From an uncultured Acidobacteriota bacterium (GTDB lineage Bacteria; Acidobacteriota; Thermoanaerobaculia; Multivoradales; JBCCEF01): a DNA stretch of 64,000 nt. The notes below the pieces were generated by a model. That model worked only from the letters and a program-made list of their open reading frames with translations, had not been told where the DNA came from and did no database searches. The stretch spans positions 117,938 through 181,937 of the forward strand of contig CAWJJM010000003.1 of assembly GCA_963843275.1 (NCBI GenBank). Reading direction: 5' to 3'. Made by a program: the position numbers and the translations under genes. The first letter of the stretch is position 1. Every line of letters begins with the position of its first letter. This document shows positions 59,822-64,000 of the stretch, in pieces.

Positions 59822-60325
59822 ATGTTGAAGATTCGGCTCCGCCGGATGGGGAAGCGGCACAGCCCGTTCTACCGGGTGGTCGTTTCCGACTCCCGCCGGA
59901 CCCCCACCGCCTCGTCGGTCGAGGAGGTGGGCCACTACAACCCGCGCCCGACGCCGCCCGAGGTGACCCTCGACCTGGACCGGGTGCGCTACTGGGTGGA
60001 GCAGGGCGCACTGCTGTCGCCGACCGTGAAGCGGTTGGTCGACAAGGCGGCGAGTGGCAAGTTCGACGCGCCCGCCGAGCCGCCGGCGAAGCCGCGGGCC
60101 CGCAAGGCCGCCGCGGCGCCGCCGGCCGCCGAGGCTCCGGCCGCCGAGGAGACGGCCGAAGCTGCGGCCCCCGCCGCGGCCCCCGCCGCCGCCCAGGCCG
60201 CGGCCGCAGAGCCGGCCGCCGAGGCCGCCGCGGAGGAGGCGCCGGCCGCCGAGGCCGCCGAGGCCGCCGAAGAGAAGCCGGCCGCCGGCGGCGAGGCCGC
60301 GGGCGGGAGCGAAGAGAGTGGCTGA
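59822..60325 (+). CDS. rpsP: 30S ribosomal protein S16 with Ala/Glu-rich tail
   Basis: MLKIRLRRMGKRHSPFYRVVVSDSR...GHYNP...YWVEQGA; SD GGAGGT. Confidence 0.95.
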   Translation: MLKIRLRRMGKRHSPFYRVVVSDSRRTPTASSVEEVGHYNPRPTPPEVTLDLDRVRYWVEQGALLSPTVKRLVDKAASGKFDAPAEPPAKPRARKAAAAPPAAEAPAAEETAEAAAPAAAPAAAQAAAAEPAAEAAAEEAPAAEAAEAAEEKPAAGGEAAGGSEESG

Positions 60326-60557
60326 GCTCCGCCAGCAGATCGAGGCGCTCGTCCAGCGCATGGTCGACCGCCCCGAGGAGGTCGCGGTGTTCGAGGTACA
60401 GGAGGACGCCGCGACGATCTTCGAGGTGGAGGTGGCCGAGGACGACGTCGGCAAGGTGATCGGCCGCCGCGGTTCGACCGTGCGCGCGCTGCGCACCCTG
60501 CTCGACGCCCGTGCGGCGCTGGACGACGAGCTCTATGAGCTCGAAGTCCTCGACTGA
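60318..60557 (+). CDS. khpA: KH-domain RNA-binding protein
   Basis: MVDRPEEV...DVGKVIGRRGSTVRALR; conserved position after rpsP. Confidence 0.9.
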   Translation: MAELRQQIEALVQRMVDRPEEVAVFEVQEDAATIFEVEVAEDDVGKVIGRRGSTVRALRTLLDARAALDDELYELEVLD

Positions 60558-61095
60558 GGGACCGGGGAGCGTCCTGGTCGGCCGCGTGCTGCGCGCCCAC
60601 GGGCTGCGCGGCGAGGCGGTCGTCGAACCCGTCAGCGACAATCCCGAACGCTTCGTCCCCGGCGCCGAGCTGTGGGTGGCGCCGCCGGCGCCCGCCGCGG
60701 CGCCGGCCGAGCTCCGCACGATCGCCACGGTGCGCGAGCATCGCGGCGCCCTGCTGGTGCGCTTCGCGGACGTCGACGACCGGGACGGGGCGGAGGCGCT
60801 GCGCGGCCGCGAGCTGAGCGTGCCGCTGGCGGCGGTGCCGCCGCCGCCGGAGGGGACCTGGTACCACTTCCAGCTCCTCGGCCTGCGGGTGAGCGACGCG
60901 GCGGCGGGGGAGCTCGGGGAGGTGGTGGACCTGGTGGAGGACGGCGGCGGACTGCTGCTGGTGGTCGACGACGGGCGGCGCCGGGTCCCGGTCCCCTTCG
61001 TCCGCGCCTTCCTGCGTCGGGTGGACGTGGAGGGCGGCCGGCTCGAGCTCGAGCTGCCGCCCGGGCTGGTGGAGACGTGCGCGTCCGGGTCGTGA
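60535..61095 (+). CDS. rimM: Ribosome maturation factor RimM
   Basis: VGRVLRAHGLRGE, AEALRG, WYHFQLLG and VPFV motifs; operon context. Confidence 0.92.
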   Translation: MSSKSSTEGPGSVLVGRVLRAHGLRGEAVVEPVSDNPERFVPGAELWVAPPAPAAAPAELRTIATVREHRGALLVRFADVDDRDGAEALRGRELSVPLAAVPPPPEGTWYHFQLLGLRVSDAAAGELGEVVDLVEDGGGLLLVVDDGRRRVPVPFVRAFLRRVDVEGGRLELELPPGLVETCASGS

Positions 61096-61862
61096 CCATC
61101 TTCGGCGAGCTGTTCGCGCCCTTCCTGGCGACCAGCCTGGTGGGCCGGGCGGTGGAGCGCGGCCTGCTGGAGGTCACGGTTCACGACCTGCGCGACTGGA
61201 CCGAGGACCGTCACCGCTCGGTCGACGACGAGCCGTACGGCGGCGGGGGCGGCATGGTGATGACGGCGCCGCCCTGGATCCGGGCGGTCCGCGAGCTCGC
61301 CGGGCGCGCCGAGCGGGAAGGCCGGCGGGCCTGGCGGGTGTTGCTGTCCCCCCAGGGGCGCCGGCTCGACGACGCGGCGGTGCGGCAGCTCGCCGGCCGC
61401 GAGGAGCTGGTGCTGCTGTGCGGCCGCTACGAAGGGATCGACGAGCGGGTGCGCGAGACGGTGGTCGACGAGGAGCTGTCGATCGGCGACTACGTGCTCT
61501 CGGGAGGCGAGCTGCCGGCGATGGTGCTGATCGAGGCCCTGTCGCGGCAGGTCCCCGGGGTGGTCGGGCTGCCGGAGTCGGTGGAGCGGGACAGCTTCCG
61601 CGCCGGGTTGCTGGACCACCCCCACTACACCCGGCCGCCGGAGGTGGAGGGGCGCGGCGTGCCGGCGGTGCTGCTGTCGGGCGACCACGCCGCCATCGAG
61701 CGGTGGCGCCGCCGCGCGGCGCTGCGGGCGACGCTGCGCAAGCGGCCGGACCTGCTGGCGACGGCGGAGCTGGACGCGGCCGGACGGCGCGAGCTCGAGG
61801 AGCTGCGGGCGGCGCTCGCGGACCCCTCCGGCGGCGCCGCGGAGGAGACGGACACGGAGTGA
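61077..61862 (+). CDS. trmD: tRNA (guanine37-N1)-methyltransferase
   Basis: VDDEPYGGGGGM, LSPQG, CGRYEGIDER, SIGDYVLSGGE and HYTRP motifs. Confidence 0.95.
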   Translation: MRVRVVTIFGELFAPFLATSLVGRAVERGLLEVTVHDLRDWTEDRHRSVDDEPYGGGGGMVMTAPPWIRAVRELAGRAEREGRRAWRVLLSPQGRRLDDAAVRQLAGREELVLLCGRYEGIDERVRETVVDEELSIGDYVLSGGELPAMVLIEALSRQVPGVVGLPESVERDSFRAGLLDHPHYTRPPEVEGRGVPAVLLSGDHAAIERWRRRAALRATLRKRPDLLATAELDAAGRRELEELRAALADPSGGAAEETDTE

Positions 61863-61944
61863 CGAGACGGCGCGCGGCCTGCCGCCTTGCGGCGGTCCGC
61901 CGGCGTGAGCGATAATCGGCGATCTCACGGCAGGGGAAACAGTC

Positions 61945-62292
61945 ATGAACAAGCTACAGGCGGTCGAAGAGAGCTATCTGCGCGCCGACGTCCCGGAGTT
62001 CCGCTCCGGCGACACGGTGCGCGTTCACGTCCGCGTCGTCGAGGGCGACAAGGAGCGCATCCAGGTCTTCCAGGGTGTGGTGATCGCGCGGCGCGGCGGC
62101 GGCACCCGCGAGACCTTCACCGTGCGCAAGGTCTCCGGCGGCATCGGGGTGGAGCGGATCTTCCCCCTCAACTCGCCCATCCTCGATCGGATCGAGGTGA
62201 TGCGCCAGGGGAAGGTGCGCCGGGCGAAGCTCTACTACCTGCGGGGCCGCCGCGGCAAGGCGGCCCGGATCGAGGAGCGCCGGGAGAACTGA
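61945..62292 (+). CDS. rplS: 50S ribosomal protein L19
   Basis: FRSGDTVRV...ERIQVFQG...FTVRK...GVERIFP...[11 protein letters not shown]. Confidence 0.97.
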   Translation: MNKLQAVEESYLRADVPEFRSGDTVRVHVRVVEGDKERIQVFQGVVIARRGGGTRETFTVRKVSGGIGVERIFPLNSPILDRIEVMRQGKVRRAKLYYLRGRRGKAARIEERREN

Positions 62293-62350
62293 CCCGCGCC
62301 GGAGCGACGGCGCGAGCGGTGAGCCGTGGACCTGAAGGCGCGATGAGCTG

Positions 62351-64000
62351 ATGGCCTTCAAGCGCGAGCAGGTCGTCCGCACGGCGGAGAAGTACGCCTC
62401 CCGAGGCAAGATCGCCGCGGCGATCCGCGAGTACCGCAAGGTGCTCGCGGAGAGCCCCGACGACGCGGCGACCCTCAACCGCGTCGGGGATCTCTACGCC
62501 CGCACCGGCCGCCCCGACGAGGCGGTCAAGCTGTTCAACCAGATCGCGGAGAGCTTCACGGCCGACGGCTTCTTCGTCAAGGCCATCGCGATCTACAAGA
62601 AGATCGTCAAGCTCGATCCGATCCGGCTCGAGGCCTACGAGAAGCTCGCCGAGCTCTATCACCGCCAGGGTCTGCTCAACGAGGCGCGCAGCCAGTACCA
62701 GGTCCTCGCCGACTACTACCTCAAGCACGACAACCTGACCTCGGCCGTCGCCATCTACGAGCGGCTGAGCGAGGTCGACCCGGAGGACCCGGCGCTGCGG
62801 GCGAAGCTCGCCGACCTGTACCGGGACCTCAAGCTGCTCGACAAGGCGATGGACGAGTACCGCCAGATCGCCGAGATGATGCTCGAGCACGGGCACGCCG
62901 GCGAGGCCGAGCAGGTCTACCGTCGCGCCCTCGACGTCGACCCGGCCAACATCGCCTTCATCACCGACGCGGTGCTCAAGCTGCGCGAAGGCGGTCACAC
63001 CGTGGGAGCGGCGCGTCTGCTGGCGGAGGCGGTGGAGCGCAACCCGGAGGCGGAGCGGGTGGCGCGGATGGTGGGACTGCGCGGCGCCGAGGCGGGCGAA
63101 GCGGCCGCAGCGCCGGCGGCGGCGGAGGCCGCGGTCGCGCCGGAGAGCGAGGCCGCCGTCGAGGCGGCCGAGGACGCCCCCGCGGAGGAGCTGCCGCCCG
63201 TCGCCGACGCGGCGTCCGTCGCGCCCGAGGAGGCGGCCGCCGGGGAGGGCGCCGTCGCTCCCGGACCGGTGGAACCGGAGCCGGAGGTCGCCGCGCCACC
63301 GCCCGAAGACGAGGTCCTGGTGCTCGACCTCGACGACGAGCCCGCGGAGGGGATCGAAGCCGCGGCCGCCGCGGCCGCGGCGACGGCACCGGCCGCACCC
63401 GCCGCCGACAGCGGACACGAGGAGATCGAGCTCGACCTCGACGAGGTCTTCGCGCTGGAGGCGGACGAGGAGCCGGAGCCGGCCCCCGACCGCGCCGGGG
63501 CGACCCCCCGGTTACGCCTCGATCCCGAGGTGCTGGAGCGCACCGCCGCCGAGGTGCAGCCCGAGCGCATCCGCCAGGAGGAGGACCTCTACACCGAGGC
63601 CGAGGTGCTGTCGAAGTACGGGCTCGGCGACAAGGCCCGCGAACGCCTCGCCGAGCTGCTGGAGCTCAACCCCACCCACGCCGGCGGCCTGGCCCTGGGC
63701 GTCCGGCTCCACCTCGAGCGTGGCGAGCACGCGGCGGCGGCGGCGGCGGCCAGCCGCCTGCTGACGGTGGTCGACGAGCGCTCCGAGGCGTGGCGCGGGG
63801 TCGAGGAGCCGCTCCAGGCGGCCGGCCACCGGGTCGTGGGCGGCCGGGTGGAGGCGCCGGCGGCCGCGGCGGCCGCCGACCAGGAGGCGCCCGCCTTCGA
63901 GCCGCCGCCGGCACTGCCCGACGTCGCGGTGGGAGACGGGGAGACACCGCCGGCCGATGCCGCCGCCGACGAGGCCCCGGCGGCGCAGGCTCCTGCTGCG
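62351..64000 (+). CDS. Large TPR-repeat protein with acidic low-complexity linkers, runs off the window edge
   Basis: Manual translation from ATG 62351: MAFKREQVVRTAEKYASRGKIAAAIREYRKVL...TLNRVGDLY...GFFVKAIAIYKKI; open to the end of the window. Confidence 0.82.
   Translation, partial: MAFKREQVVRTAEKYASRGKIAAAIREYRKVLAESPDDAATLNRVGDLYARTGRPDEAVKLFNQIAESFTADGFFVKAIAIYKKIVKLDPIRLEAYEKLAELYHRQGLLNEARSQYQVLADYYLKHDNLTSAVAIYERLSEVDPEDPALRAKLADLYRDLKLLDKAMDEYRQIAEMMLEHGHAGEAEQVYRRALDVDPANIAFITDAVLKLREGGHTVGAARLLAEAVERNPEAERVARMVGLRGAEAGEAAAAPAAAEAAVAPESEAAVEAAEDAPAEELPPVADAASVAPEEAAAGEGAVAPGPVEPEPEVAAPPPEDEVLVLDLDDEPAEGIEAAAAAAAATAPAAPAADSGHEEIELDLDEVFALEADEEPEPAPDRAGATPRLRLDPEVLERTAAEVQPERIRQEEDLYTEAEVLSKYGLGDKARERLAELLELNPTHAGGLALGVRLHLERGEHAAAAAAASRLLTVVDERSEAWRGVEEPLQAAGHRVVGGRVEAPAAAAAADQEAPAFEPPPALPDVAVGDGETPPADAAADEAPAAQAPAA

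Overview
A very GC-rich, gene-dense bacterial chromosomal segment. The gene families (futalosine-pathway mqnD, Ser/Thr kinase-TolB-TPR, DUF2339, CBM9/DUF5916, and a Cys-bounded C-terminal domain) suggest Acidobacteriota, possibly Thermoanaerobaculia; this is an inference. About 55 CDS are present, mostly housekeeping or catabolic: fadE, hutF/argE, a murQ-kinase-ChbG-nagB amino-sugar cluster, peptidases, an ABC exporter, mqnD, cdd, mdh, fadJ and the rpsP-khpA-rimM-trmD-rplS operon. No rRNA, tRNA, CRISPR array, transposase or integrase was recognised. Several genes carry single-base frameshifts, mostly in homopolymers, which look like long-read errors. The strongest leads are: (1) a ~116-aa Cys-bounded C-terminal domain shared by two unrelated secreted proteins (candidate sorting/anchoring signal); (2) a ~340-nt highly structured non-coding region behind a TTGACA promoter (candidate ncRNA or leader); (3) a cytoplasmic subtilase + alpha/beta-hydrolase pair (candidate protease-activated effector); (4) an ECF sigma / TM-YCII anti-sigma unit with two identical back-to-back promoter motifs; (5) a minimal FAAL-condensation-ACP cluster; (6) a palindromic MITE/REP-like repeat cluster.
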